Positions 27,016-37,068 are shown, counted from the stretch's first letter. The stretch: DNA of 64,000 bases from an uncultured Candidatus Saccharibacteria bacterium (GCA_964351475.1 CAYGOB010000001.1:4459-68458); one strand, 5' to 3'. The notes: generated by a model from the sequence alone, not told the origin. Made by a program: numbers and translations.

Positions 27016-27092
27016 TGGCGGAATGGACGGGACTCGAACCCGCAGCCTTCGCAGTGACAGTGCGATGCTCTAACCAATTGAGCTACCACTCC
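27016..27092 (-). tRNA. tRNA-Asp (anticodon GTC).
   Basis: The reverse complement folds as GGAGTGG / TAGCTCAATTGGTTAGAGC / TCGCA-CTGTCAC-TGCGA / AGGCT / GCGGG-TTCGAGT-CCCGT / CCATTCC-G-CCA. CCA is encoded. Confidence 0.85.
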
Positions 27093-27141
27093 TTACAGCC
27101 AAAAAGTATATCAAACTATACCTAAAATAACAACAAAACCC

Positions 27142-27465
27142 TTACTCAATATACTTCTCTATACTCTCCATATAACTATCCTTGTTCATAGCCCCTATCA
27201 ATCTCTCTACAATCTCTCCATTTTTAAAAACAAATACCGCAGGTATACTCATAATCTCATACTCCTGACCCAAAGAACTCTCCTCATCAACATTAACCTT
27301 GCCTACCTTAACTTTACCTCCCATCTCCTTTGCTATTTCCTCCATCATTGGAGTAACCATATGACAAGGACCACACCAAGGAGCCCAAAAATCTACTAAT
27401 ACAACCCCATTAAAATCTAAAACCTCTTCCTTAAAATTCTCTTTAGTTAAATGTAATACTGACAT
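27142..27465 (-). CDS. trxA: Thioredoxin.
   Basis: WAPWCGPCHM active site. 107 aa. Confidence 0.9.
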   Translation of the reverse strand: MSVLHLTKENFKEEVLDFNGVVLVDFWAPWCGPCHMVTPMMEEIAKEMGGKVKVGKVNVDEESSLGQEYEIMSIPAVFVFKNGEIVERLIGAMNKDSYMESIEKYIE

Positions 27466-27540
27466 GATATATAATATTAAAACTTAAAAACACTGTAATA
27501 TGGGCATTTACTCATATAACTAGTATAATACCATTATACC

Positions 27541-28629
27541 ATGAACAAAGTAGACATTAAAAAAGAAAAAACCTTAGCAATTAAAAAAGCCGTTGAGATA
27601 CTCAAAAACGGTGGGTTAATAGTATACCCAACTGAAACATGCTACGGACTAGGAGGAGATGCTACTAACCCTAAAGCATTAAAAAAGATAATGCGGTACA
27701 AAAAATTAAGAGGATCTAAACCAATATCCATAGCAGTAGCAAACAAACAAATGGCTCAGAGGTATGTAAAAATAAATGAGATGGCAGACAATATATACAA
27801 AAATTACCTACCAGGTCCCATTACAGTAATATCTATGAGTAAAGGCAAACTAGTTCCTCCAGTAGTATCAATACAAGGAGCAGTAGGTGTAAGATATCCT
27901 GACTATGACTTTACCTTAGACGTAATTAAACAGTTCGGTAAACCCATCACAGCTACTTCAGCTAATGTATCCTACAGATCTGCACCTTACAATATTGACA
28001 AATTAATAGAGAATTTACCTAAAAAAAGCTTAGAGTTAATAGATCTGTTTCTGGATGCTGGAAGTTTACCTAAAAATGACCCATCCACAGTACTAGATAC
28101 TACAATGAATCAATTAAGTGTTTTAAGACAGGGAAAACTAGAATTTGAAGATGCATTAATTAAAAACAAAAAGATTGAAGAAAAAGAAACTAAAACAACT
28201 CAAGAAACCATCGACTTAGGAAAAGAATTTACAGAAAAACATCTCAAAGGAGAGCAACCCATAGTAGTAGCCCTAAGTGGGGAGTTAGGAGCAGGTAAAA
28301 CACAGTTTGCAAAAGGAGTAGGTCAAGCTTTAGGAGTAGAGGAAATTGTTAACTCTCCTACATATACAATAATAAATGAATACAATTACAAAAAAGGAAA
28401 TGAAGAAAAAATATTAGCACATATGGATACATGGAGATTACAGGATAGTGAATTGGATAAATCGGGGTTGATTGAGAATCTAGAACAAGGAAATATTGTT
28501 CTAATTGAATGGGCAGACAAGTTCTACCAAGAGATAGCAGCAATATGTGACAATATGAACATACCAATATACAAAGTCACTATTAAATACATATCATTAA
28601 ATGAAAGAAGTATTGAAATCTATGAATAA
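27541..28629 (+). CDS. Fused t6A biosynthesis protein: N-terminal TsaC/YrdC (threonylcarbamoyl-AMP synthase) and C-terminal TsaE (YjeE P-loop ATPase).
   Basis: YrdC motif KKAVEILKNGGLIVYPTETCYGLGGDATNP. TsaE motif VALSGELGAGKTQFAKGVGQALGV...VNSPTYTIINEY. Confidence 0.75.
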   Translation: MNKVDIKKEKTLAIKKAVEILKNGGLIVYPTETCYGLGGDATNPKALKKIMRYKKLRGSKPISIAVANKQMAQRYVKINEMADNIYKNYLPGPITVISMSKGKLVPPVVSIQGAVGVRYPDYDFTLDVIKQFGKPITATSANVSYRSAPYNIDKLIENLPKKSLELIDLFLDAGSLPKNDPSTVLDTTMNQLSVLRQGKLEFEDALIKNKKIEEKETKTTQETIDLGKEFTEKHLKGEQPIVVALSGELGAGKTQFAKGVGQALGVEEIVNSPTYTIINEYNYKKGNEEKILAHMDTWRLQDSELDKSGLIENLEQGNIVLIEWADKFYQEIAAICDNMNIPIYKVTIKYISLNERSIEIYE

Positions 28630-29731
28630 TAAATCATTAATACTAGCATTTGACACAAGTTGTGACGACACCTCAGTTGCCGTTCTAAGAGGCCCTAGAG
28701 TACTCTCTAGTGTTGTATCTTCCCAAGTGGATATCCATGCTAAGTGGGGTGGTGTAGTCCCAGATATTGCAAGAAGAGAGCATGAGAAGAATATCCCTAT
28801 GGTCTATGGAGAAGCTCTCAAGAAGGCTAAGGTTAGTATTGAAGATATTGAATATATTGCCTGTACATACGGCCCAGGTTTAGCTATAGATTTGGAAGTA
28901 GGTTTAAATTTTGCAAAAGATTTAGCAATTAAACATAACAAACCATTCATACCTGTAAACCATATGGAAGGACACCTACTTTCAGGATTATTAGAAAATT
29001 CTAAAGGTAAATCTTTTACCAAGGATGTTGAGAAAGCAAAAGAGGAAACAAAAACAGAAATGAGAGGGGTTGTTAGTGAGGAATTTTTTCCTGCATTAGG
29101 ATTACTAATATCAGGTAAACATACAGAGTTAATATATGTAAAAGAGATTGGTAAATACAAAAAACTTGGTCAAACATTAGATGATGCAGTAGGGGAGGCT
29201 TTTGATAAAGTAGGTAGAATTCTTAATTTTGGTTATCCAGGGGGACCTACATTAACAGAGTTTGCAAAGAAAGGTAAGGCAGGAGATATTGTTTTTCCAG
29301 TACCTATGAAGAATTCTAATGATTTGAATTTTAGTTATTCAGGTTTAAAAACAGCAGCACTTTACAAAAGTAAAGAGTTAAGAGAGGATGATGTGCCTGA
29401 AAAAGAATGGATATATGATTTTTGTAGAGGTTTTTTAGATGCAATTATTGAATCATTAATTATTAAATTGGAATTGGCAATACAGGAGTATGGGGATGTG
29501 AAAAGTGTGTTTGTGGGTGGTGGAGTGTTTAACAGTGAGGAGATTATTAGAGAAATCGGTAGGGTAGTAAGGTTATATGATTTGAAATATGTATATCCTG
29601 CTAAGGAGTATAGAGGGGATAATGCAGCTATGGTTGGGTTAGTTGGATATAACAAATCTCTAAGGGGTGAAGTTCTTAAAGAAGATACAGAAATTAAAGA
29701 AGTGGACAGAGAGCCAAGGTTATCCCTTTAA
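28601..29731 (+). CDS. tsaD: tRNA N6-adenosine threonylcarbamoyltransferase TsaD (Kae1/YgjD family).
   Basis: LILAFDTSCDDTSVAVL N-terminus. HMEGHL metal-binding motif. GGGVFNS. Contains an insertion of about 35 aa. Confidence 0.85.
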   Translation: MKEVLKSMNNKSLILAFDTSCDDTSVAVLRGPRVLSSVVSSQVDIHAKWGGVVPDIARREHEKNIPMVYGEALKKAKVSIEDIEYIACTYGPGLAIDLEVGLNFAKDLAIKHNKPFIPVNHMEGHLLSGLLENSKGKSFTKDVEKAKEETKTEMRGVVSEEFFPALGLLISGKHTELIYVKEIGKYKKLGQTLDDAVGEAFDKVGRILNFGYPGGPTLTEFAKKGKAGDIVFPVPMKNSNDLNFSYSGLKTAALYKSKELREDDVPEKEWIYDFCRGFLDAIIESLIIKLELAIQEYGDVKSVFVGGGVFNSEEIIREIGRVVRLYDLKYVYPAKEYRGDNAAMVGLVGYNKSLRGEVLKEDTEIKEVDREPRLSL

Positions 29732-30997
29732 TATCTCCTCAATCTCCAACAATCTATTATATTTAACAATCCTCTCTCCTCTAGAAGGTGCTCCAAATTT
29801 ACAATATTGTGCAGGTGTAGCTATTACTAAATCAGCAATAAAATCATCATTAGTTTCTCCACTCCTATGAGATATTACAGCACTCATTCCATTATCTATA
29901 CTCATTCGTATAGCATCTAAAGTCTCAGATACAGTCCCTATCTGATTTAATTTAATTAAGACACTGTTTATTGCTTTTTCATTAATCCCTTTCTTTATCC
30001 TCTTCGTATTTGTAGTTAACAAATCATCCCCTACAACCATATATTTATTTCCAAACTCTTTTGTAAATTCTACCCATCCATCCCAATCATCCTCATATAA
30101 CGGATCCTCTATAGATGCCATAGGGTATTTAGAATACCACTCTCTTTGTAATTTAATAAACTCCTCTCTGTTTAAAACCTTGTTTTCTCTTCTAAGTTGA
30201 TATAGTTTTTTTTCTTTGTTAAAAAATTCAGACGCAGCTATATCAAGTGCAATACTGAAATCTTCTTGAGGTTTGTATCCGCTTTCTTGTATTCCCTGTA
30301 ATATGGTATCAAAAGCCTCTTCATTGCTTGAGAGTTCTTTTGGAGCATAACCACCCTCTAAACCTAGACCTACGGAATATTTCTTAGAATCCAAAATGTC
30401 ATGTATGGTATGAAATATCTCTGCGCTTGCTCTTAGGGCTTTACTAAAGGTTTTAAATTTCTCCATATTAGGTACAAGCATATACTCCTGGATATCTGTA
30501 GACCAATTACCATGCTTAGCCCCTTCCATCATCAGTATCTGTGGGGTAGGAAGCTTAAAGTTTTTCTTATCATATTCCTCCTCCCAGTAGGTCATACCAA
30601 GGTATTCGTACAGTTCTAGACCAAACGCATTAGATACTGCCCTTGCAAATGCCATAGAGCATGAAAGTATTGAATTCCCTCCTAAATTCTTTTTAAGTTC
30701 TGTACCATCTGTATCTATGAGTAATTGGTCAAATTCTCTTTGGCTAGTAAATTCTTTACCTACTAGTAAGTCCTTTATTTTAGTATTTACAATCTCTACT
30801 GCTTTTAGTACTCCTTTTCCCTCATACCTTTCACTATCTTCATCTCTTAATTCAATAACTTCTGTCTTTCCTGTAGATGCTCCACTAGGGACATCTGCTC
30901 TTCCTTTCTCTCCACTTAAAATCTCTATCTCTGTGGATATTGTAGGAACTCCATTAGAATCTAGTATTTCTCTTGCATGTACGTTTTTTATCTTCAT
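29720..30997 (-). CDS. eno: Enolase (phosphopyruvate hydratase).
   Basis: MKIKNVHAREILDSNGVPTISTEIEIL...GRADVPSGASTGKTEVIELRD...RYEGKGV. The track ORF extends to 31210, but that N-terminal extension overlaps tRNA-Leu. The start was reset to the M at 30997. Confidence 0.9.
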   Translation of the reverse strand: MKIKNVHAREILDSNGVPTISTEIEILSGEKGRADVPSGASTGKTEVIELRDEDSERYEGKGVLKAVEIVNTKIKDLLVGKEFTSQREFDQLLIDTDGTELKKNLGGNSILSCSMAFARAVSNAFGLELYEYLGMTYWEEEYDKKNFKLPTPQILMMEGAKHGNWSTDIQEYMLVPNMEKFKTFSKALRASAEIFHTIHDILDSKKYSVGLGLEGGYAPKELSSNEEAFDTILQGIQESGYKPQEDFSIALDIAASEFFNKEKKLYQLRRENKVLNREEFIKLQREWYSKYPMASIEDPLYEDDWDGWVEFTKEFGNKYMVVGDDLLTTNTKRIKKGINEKAINSVLIKLNQIGTVSETLDAIRMSIDNGMSAVISHRSGETNDDFIADLVIATPAQYCKFGAPSRGERIVKYNRLLEIEEILKG

Positions 30998-31122
30998 AGA
31001 ACTGTAGGTAATATTATGTAGTACATTTTGCATCAAAAGAGAGATTTTTGCAATAAATCCCAGGTCTGTCCCTCTAGAGATTGAGTTTGTGTGTTGGGTT
31101 TGATAGAATTGCTGTATAATAT

Positions 31123-31209
31123 GCCGGGGTGGTGGAATTGGCAGACACGCTACCTTGAGGTGGTAGTGGGATTTATACTCCCGTGCAGGTTCAACTCCTG
31201 TCCTCGGCA
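31123..31209 (+). tRNA. tRNA-Leu (anticodon GAG), type II with a long variable arm.
   Basis: GCCGGGG / anticodon stem-loop CTACC-TTGAGGT-GGTAG / variable arm TGGGATTTATACTCCC / T arm GCAGG-TTCAACT-CCTGT / CCTCGGC-A. No encoded CCA. Confidence 0.8.
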
Positions 31210-31221
31210 TGTGTTCATTAA

Positions 31222-31295
31222 GGGCGATTAGCTCAGCTGGCTAGAGCATCTCGTTTACACCGAGAGGGTCATAGGTTCGAATCCTATATCGCCCA
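31222..31295 (+). tRNA. tRNA-Val (anticodon TAC).
   Basis: GGGCGAT-TA-GCTC-AGCTGGCT-AGAGC-A-TCTCG-TTTACAC-CGAGA-GGGTC-ATAGG-TTCGAAT-CCTAT-ATCGCCC-A. Confidence 0.85.
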
Positions 31296-31481
31296 TTTCA
31301 CACCCCCTACCTTTGACTTAGCTTAAAACCCTTAGAGTGTCAAGCACTATATGTGTTTTCCACATCAAATTTAATATTCTATGGGTTAACCCAATACTTT
31401 TATCTAACAATATTGCCAACCCCCTCCCTAATATGTACAATAAAGTAGTTAAAAACACTAAATTATTTTTAATCTACTTTT

Positions 31482-31787
31482 ATGACAATGGGTAGAATAA
31501 TAGCAACCCTCATAGGATGTTTAATACTCGCAGTAATAGCAGGCCTTATTACTAGAAACATTATAGTTGCTATTACATTCCCATTCTTACTTGTAGCATT
31601 TCTTTTAATGTGGAGAAACCTAAAACAAACTACACCAAAGGAAGAAGTAAATAAGGAGCAGAAAATCCAAAACCCTCTACAATCTGAAGTTGTAGAAAAA
31701 CAAGAACCACAAGAAGTACAAAATACTCCAGCCCCGGTATCTACAACATACCCTCCAAGACAAGCAAACCCTCCAACCTACAATTGA
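31482..31787 (+). CDS. Hypothetical small membrane protein with a Pro/Gln-rich tail.
   Basis: Two predicted TM helices. Confidence 0.3.
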   Translation: MTMGRIIATLIGCLILAVIAGLITRNIIVAITFPFLLVAFLLMWRNLKQTTPKEEVNKEQKIQNPLQSEVVEKQEPQEVQNTPAPVSTTYPPRQANPPTYN

Positions 31788-32254
31788 CTAGTACAGAAAG
31801 GACACCTAGTAGCCTTAGGTTTAATCTCTGTCCTACAATAAGGACATAATCTCTTTTTCTTCTTTTCTTCTTGATCTTTCTTATTCATCCTATTTATAAT
31901 CTTAGCTGCTTGGTATGTAATTAAGAAAAGAATAAATGCCGTAATTAGAAAAGATATAAACTCACTAATAAAATTACCGTAATGAATTACTACTACACCA
32001 GCCTCCCTTGCTAATTCCAAAGATTCAAAATTATTCTTACCAAGAACCCAATACAAACTGGTAAAATCAATACCTGAGGTAAAGTAACCAATAGGAGGTG
32101 TTAAAATGTCATTTACTAAGGAATTAATTACATCCCTAAAAGCACCCCCAAGCATAATACCAACTGCAGCTCCTAGTGTAGCTTCTTTAAATGCAAAATT
32201 TTTAAATTCCTTTCTTAATTTCCCAACCTTCTTTGTTACTTTCGTCTTAGTCAT
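31778..32254 (-). CDS. mscL: Large-conductance mechanosensitive channel MscL with a C-terminal zinc-ribbon extension.
   Basis: EFKNFAFKEATLGAAVGIMLGGAFRDVINSLVNDILTPPIG...VIHYGNFISEFISFLITAFILFLI. C-terminal CPYCRTEIKPKATRCPFC. Confidence 0.8.
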   Translation of the reverse strand: MTKTKVTKKVGKLRKEFKNFAFKEATLGAAVGIMLGGAFRDVINSLVNDILTPPIGYFTSGIDFTSLYWVLGKNNFESLELAREAGVVVIHYGNFISEFISFLITAFILFLITYQAAKIINRMNKKDQEEKKKKRLCPYCRTEIKPKATRCPFCTSQL

Positions 32255-33464
32255 TTCTATGCTGTCTTAACTTAAATATTAAATATATTGCTGTAGAAAG
32301 AGCCATAAAACCATATACAATAGCCTGATTAAACATCACCATATCTAAATTCTCATTTCTAAATATGAAAAATGCAATTTGAAGAGCTGTTGCAATAACT
32401 AAAATATATAGATAATTAAAATACTCCTTTGAAATGAAATAATTAGCAGCCATATATACAAATGCAAAAGCAGTCATACAAAGACCAAAACCGCCAATGT
32501 AACCACTTACCATAGAATACTGACTTCCTACAGTAAAATTTACAATTAAACCATTAAACAAGAAAAACAGAAGAGAGATAAATAAGCCAATTGAAATGGA
32601 TAAAGCAAGAGATATCATTAAACTTTTCTTTTGACTCTTTTCTACCTCCTCGTTAGTTAATCTGGCAAACAGTACAGAAGCAGTCATTATTGATGCAAAA
32701 TATACTAGTTTTCCAAGTATAGATACGGCTGAAAACTCTGCTCTAAATTCAGGATTTACCAAAGGAAGACTTAACATGAAAGGACCACTTAAAAACAGAA
32801 AAGAAAGGGTAATTAGGATGACTTCTTTAAAATCAATGTTTACTTTCTCGTCTCTTTCTTTCTTAAACCTAACTACTGGGAGTATAACAATTGTTGTTAA
32901 AATAGCAGGAACAGAGTTTGCCAGAATTAGAAGAGGAACAGATCCTCCCATTCTAATAGCAATCCACCCCATTGCAAACCTAAGAATTGTTTCTAAAAGT
33001 AAGATTAGGTTTACGGTAGTAATTCTTTCTTTCCCTAATAATAGACCTTTACCTACGGGACTAACAAAAGCAAAGAACATTGTTATAGCAAGAAACAGAA
33101 TTATTTCTGTGGGAATATTTGCAATATCAGCAATAACTCCTCGGCTCAAGAAGAAGAGTGTAGAGAAGACGACCCCAAGTATTGAAAAGATAATAAAGGA
33201 ATACCATTTGTAGTGATCTAGGTTGGCTCCTTTGTTTTTTGCTACTGCCTTGGTAACTACAGACTGTATTGCGACAGCAGGAACCTGCACCAAATATATT
33301 ATTCCTAGGGCTGCACTAAATGTGCTAAAGACAGTTTGATCTGTATATCTAGCAACAAATATATTAAAAAGGTAGTTCAAAATCCCTATAATTCCACCTA
33401 GTATTGTAGTCAAAAAAAGATTTTTAACAAAAATACTTTGTTTAGTAGATAGTGTCATGTTCAT
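32247..33464 (-). CDS. Polytopic membrane protein of the oligosaccharide/polysaccharide flippase (MOP/Wzx-like) type.
   Basis: About 12 predicted TM helices. Basic loops (RFKKERDEK). Confidence 0.45.
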   Translation of the reverse strand: MNMTLSTKQSIFVKNLFLTTILGGIIGILNYLFNIFVARYTDQTVFSTFSAALGIIYLVQVPAVAIQSVVTKAVAKNKGANLDHYKWYSFIIFSILGVVFSTLFFLSRGVIADIANIPTEIILFLAITMFFAFVSPVGKGLLLGKERITTVNLILLLETILRFAMGWIAIRMGGSVPLLILANSVPAILTTIVILPVVRFKKERDEKVNIDFKEVILITLSFLFLSGPFMLSLPLVNPEFRAEFSAVSILGKLVYFASIMTASVLFARLTNEEVEKSQKKSLMISLALSISIGLFISLLFFLFNGLIVNFTVGSQYSMVSGYIGGFGLCMTAFAFVYMAANYFISKEYFNYLYILVIATALQIAFFIFRNENLDMVMFNQAIVYGFMALSTAIYLIFKLRQHRND

Positions 33465-33509
33465 ATTTGTACTATAATATCACAAGATAATATTACACAT
33501 TTTACCACT

Positions 33510-34631
33510 ATGATTGAAGTAATAGTAGCATTAATAGGAGGAATTTTACTAGGAATAGGTTTTTTTTACATACTAAAAAGAGGACAAGGAGCTAGTAGTG
33601 AAGATATCTCTGAGAGTATACAAGTAAAGCTTGATGAATTAGTACCTAAAGCCTTGATGGAAGCAAATGAGTATTTAGTAAGAACTGCAAGAGAGTCTCT
33701 TAGCTCGGAAACTAAACAGAGTAGAGTAGATTTGGAAAACAAAAGGGAAGAAATCTCTAGAATGGTTAAAGGTATGGAAGAGTATCTTAAGATAGCTGAA
33801 AAGGAAAGGATTAATACATACGCTACTTTAAAAAATTCTGTAGAGGAGAGTAGGAAGATAACAGAACAACTTTCTGTTAGTACAGAGAATCTTAAAAAGG
33901 TTTTATCAGATAACCAAGTAAGAGGTCAGTTTGGAGAGAGAGTAGCAGATGACCTTTTACAGATGGCTGGTTTTGTAAGGGGTGTAGATTATGAATTTAA
34001 TAAAGCTCAAGAGGGTTCTAAAACACGTCCTGACTTTGCAGTGTTCTTGCCTGACGGTACAAGAATAAATGTGGATTCTAAATTCCCTTATGCTAATTTA
34101 CAAAAGATGTCTAATACTGAAGATAAGGGTATGAAAGAAAAATACATGAAGGATTTTGAAAGGGATGTTAAAGAAAAAATTAAACAGGTTACCTCTAGGG
34201 ATTATATTAATCCTGAGGATAAAACTGTTGACTTTGTAATACTGTTCATACCTAATGAAATGATATTTTCCTACATCTATGACAAGATGCCAGAGCTTTC
34301 TCAGGAAGCTATGGCAAGTAAGGTTGTGCTTGCAGGTCCATTTAGTTTTACAGCAATATTAAGAATGATAAGACAGTCTTACGAGAATTTTAGGGTACAG
34401 AAAAATATTTACAATATAATTGGTCATGTTAAATCTTTTGAGAAAGAGTTTGACACTTTCTCAAGTGAGTTTTACAAGATAGGGGATAGAATAGGGTCTT
34501 TGAGAAAACAATATGACACAGTAAGCACTACGAGGTTTAATCAATTAGAAAGGAAAATAGATAAGGTTAAAGAAGAGGGTATGGGAGTGGAAGAAGGAAA
34601 GCAGAGGAAATTGCTAGAGGAAGTAAAGTAA
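33510..34631 (+). CDS. rmuC: DNA recombination protein RmuC.
   Basis: N-terminal TM plus coiled coil. Conserved core RGQFGERVADDLLQMAGF...RPDFAVFLPDG...VDSKFP...DFVILFIPNE. Confidence 0.8.
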   Translation: MIEVIVALIGGILLGIGFFYILKRGQGASSEDISESIQVKLDELVPKALMEANEYLVRTARESLSSETKQSRVDLENKREEISRMVKGMEEYLKIAEKERINTYATLKNSVEESRKITEQLSVSTENLKKVLSDNQVRGQFGERVADDLLQMAGFVRGVDYEFNKAQEGSKTRPDFAVFLPDGTRINVDSKFPYANLQKMSNTEDKGMKEKYMKDFERDVKEKIKQVTSRDYINPEDKTVDFVILFIPNEMIFSYIYDKMPELSQEAMASKVVLAGPFSFTAILRMIRQSYENFRVQKNIYNIIGHVKSFEKEFDTFSSEFYKIGDRIGSLRKQYDTVSTTRFNQLERKIDKVKEEGMGVEEGKQRKLLEEVK

Positions 34632-34681
34632 TAATCCAACATATTTGGAAATAAACCACAATATATGCTAACTTATATGTA

Positions 34682-35272
34682 ATGAAACCTGCCACTTTTA
34701 GAACAATCTTAGGCACTAGTCCAATACTACTCTCTGCACCTCATGTGTATCCACACAAAAGACCTAAACTAAGTATGGCATACAAGATAGGTGAACCTTT
34801 AACAAACAATATTGTAGAAGAGGTATGTAAGCAAGTTAAAACCTTTGGAATAGTTCTTACAGATGAGTCAGAGTACGACTTTAATTATCATAAGATTGAA
34901 ACAAATCCCTACAAACAAGAGGTTAAGAAAATTGTTGAAGATAATAAAATAGAATATTTTGTAGATATACATGGTCTAAAAGATGGTAACAATTATGATG
35001 TTGCAATTTATTACCCCACTAAATTCTCAAAATCAATTAGATTAGCCAGATCAATAAAAGAGGGATTAGATAAATATGCTCTAAGGGGTATAAATATAGT
35101 TATTTTAAGATTTCCAGACGGTCCTCAGGAGACCCTAGGGGAATATGTAGCTTCTAATTTAAGAGTTCCTTCTGTTCAAATAGAGATAGCTAGATACATT
35201 AGAGAGAAAAAAAATCTAAGAGAGGCCTTTATCCAAAATCTAGGAGAAGTATTAGAAGGCTTGGTAATATAG
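34682..35272 (+). CDS. Hypothetical protein.
   Basis: No recognisable motif. Confidence 0.35.
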   Translation: MKPATFRTILGTSPILLSAPHVYPHKRPKLSMAYKIGEPLTNNIVEEVCKQVKTFGIVLTDESEYDFNYHKIETNPYKQEVKKIVEDNKIEYFVDIHGLKDGNNYDVAIYYPTKFSKSIRLARSIKEGLDKYALRGINIVILRFPDGPQETLGEYVASNLRVPSVQIEIARYIREKKNLREAFIQNLGEVLEGLVI

Positions 35273-35368
35273 AAATTATTATCGGTTAATTAAATAGACA
35301 ACTTTTCACTTTGACCTATCCAGTTTACTCTGTTATTCTGAATAGTAATAATTTTAAGATAAACAACA

Positions 35369-36412
35369 ATGCCAACAACTAAAAAGACAAAAACCGTGAA
35401 AAAAACAAGCAGTAAAGAAGCTTCAAAACAGATAGATTCTCCTAAGAATAAAGCAATAGATGTAGCTGTTTCCCAAATAGAAAAGCAATTTGGAAAAGGT
35501 TCCATAATGAAACTAGGGGGAGATAAGAAAATAGATATAGATGTAATATCTACAGGAGCGCTTTCCTTGGACATTGCTCTTGGGATAGGAGGGGTACCTA
35601 AGGGGAGGATAGTAGAAATATATGGGCCGGAATCATCTGGTAAAAGTACCCTAGCACTTCACATATTGGCAGAAGCTCAAAAGAAGGGAGAGGCTGTTGC
35701 TCTCATAGATGCAGAGCATGCTTTTGATCCAACATATGCTAGGAATATTGGTGTGGTGCTAGATGATCTTTACATCTCTCAACCAGATTTTGGAGAACAA
35801 GCTCTTGAAATTCTCGAGACCTTAGTAAGATCTGCAGCCTTTGGTGTAGTAGTAGTAGACTCAGTAGCAGCTCTTACCCCTAGAGCAGAGATAGAGGGGG
35901 ACATGGGAGATAGTCATATGGGTTTGCAGGCCAGGTTAATGTCTCAGGCATTAAGAAAAATTACGGCTGTAACTAGTAAGACAGGAACCACTGTAATCTT
36001 CATAAACCAACTAAGAATGAAGATTGGAATAATGTTTGGAAATCCAGAAACAACAACAGGTGGTAGGGCTCTTAAGTTTTACGCTTCCATCAGATTAGAT
36101 ATTAGACAGAAAGATAAAATACTTAAGGATGGAAAGATAATTGGTCATGTTAGAAAAGTTAAAGTTGCTAAAAACAAAATGGCACCTCCATTTAAAGAAG
36201 CAACTTTTGACATGATATATCCTTTCGGTATAGACAAAGAAAGTAGCATTATAGATGCAGCCTTGGAAGTAGGAGTTGTAGAAAAGAAAGGATCATGGTT
36301 TAGTTATGGAGATCTTCAATTAGGACAAGGTAAGGAAGCAGCAGCAGACTTTTTGAGGGAAGATAAAAAGATTAAAGCAAAAATTGTAAAAGAGGTAAAA
36401 GCAAAGATTTAA
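35369..36412 (+). CDS. recA: Recombinase RecA.
   Basis: [35 protein letters not shown] (Walker A). Lys-rich N-terminal extension. Confidence 0.95.
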   Translation: MPTTKKTKTVKKTSSKEASKQIDSPKNKAIDVAVSQIEKQFGKGSIMKLGGDKKIDIDVISTGALSLDIALGIGGVPKGRIVEIYGPESSGKSTLALHILAEAQKKGEAVALIDAEHAFDPTYARNIGVVLDDLYISQPDFGEQALEILETLVRSAAFGVVVVDSVAALTPRAEIEGDMGDSHMGLQARLMSQALRKITAVTSKTGTTVIFINQLRMKIGIMFGNPETTTGGRALKFYASIRLDIRQKDKILKDGKIIGHVRKVKVAKNKMAPPFKEATFDMIYPFGIDKESSIIDAALEVGVVEKKGSWFSYGDLQLGQGKEAAADFLREDKKIKAKIVKEVKAKI

Positions 36413-36414
36413 TA

Positions 36415-37068
36415 ATGAAAGTAACCAAACTATCCTCTCAAAAGAAAGATAGTTCTAGGGTCAACATGTACATAGACGAGGAATTCTTCTGTGGACTTTC
36501 GCTAGATGCCCTTTCGAAATTCAATATACATGATGGTAAAGAATTAGACCCAGAAGAATTAGAAAATATTCTTTTTGAGGAATTAAAATCCAGATTTTCA
36601 CAAAGAGCTCTCTCATACATATCCAGAGCAATTAAAACAGAATTCCAACTTAGAAGATATCTAAGAACACTTTCAATTAAAAAAAGGGGTACTTGGTACA
36701 AAGAGATAGAGAAAGAACAACTTGAAAGAATATTTAATGAAGTAATAGAAAAATTAAATGAGTATGGATACATAGATGACGAACAATTTTCAGAGCAGTT
36801 TATACTTTCAAGAATAAAAAACAAACCTAGGGGTAAAATAATCCTAGTATCAGAGCTAATGTCTAAGGGTGTTGATAAAGAAATTGCTAGAAAGAAGGTT
36901 GATGAATTAATAGAAGATGAATTTGAAGTTTTGAAAGAAACATATAGGAAGAAATTTAGAGAAGAAAATATTACAATTAGGGATAGAAAGAAAATAGATT
37001 TTTTAAAAAGAAAAGGTTTTAGTTGGGATTTAATTGAAAAGTTAATTAAAAATGAGTCTGAAGAGTGA
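36415..37068 (+). CDS. recX: Regulatory protein RecX.
   Basis: Immediately 3' of recA. About 217 aa, helical-repeat composition. Confidence 0.6.
   Translation: MKVTKLSSQKKDSSRVNMYIDEEFFCGLSLDALSKFNIHDGKELDPEELENILFEELKSRFSQRALSYISRAIKTEFQLRRYLRTLSIKKRGTWYKEIEKEQLERIFNEVIEKLNEYGYIDDEQFSEQFILSRIKNKPRGKIILVSELMSKGVDKEIARKKVDELIEDEFEVLKETYRKKFREENITIRDRKKIDFLKRKGFSWDLIEKLIKNESEE

Noticed and set aside
30998-31210. N-terminal extension of the enolase ORF.
   Set aside because: It overlaps tRNA-Leu on the opposite strand and precedes the conserved enolase N-terminus. It was trimmed to the M at 30997.
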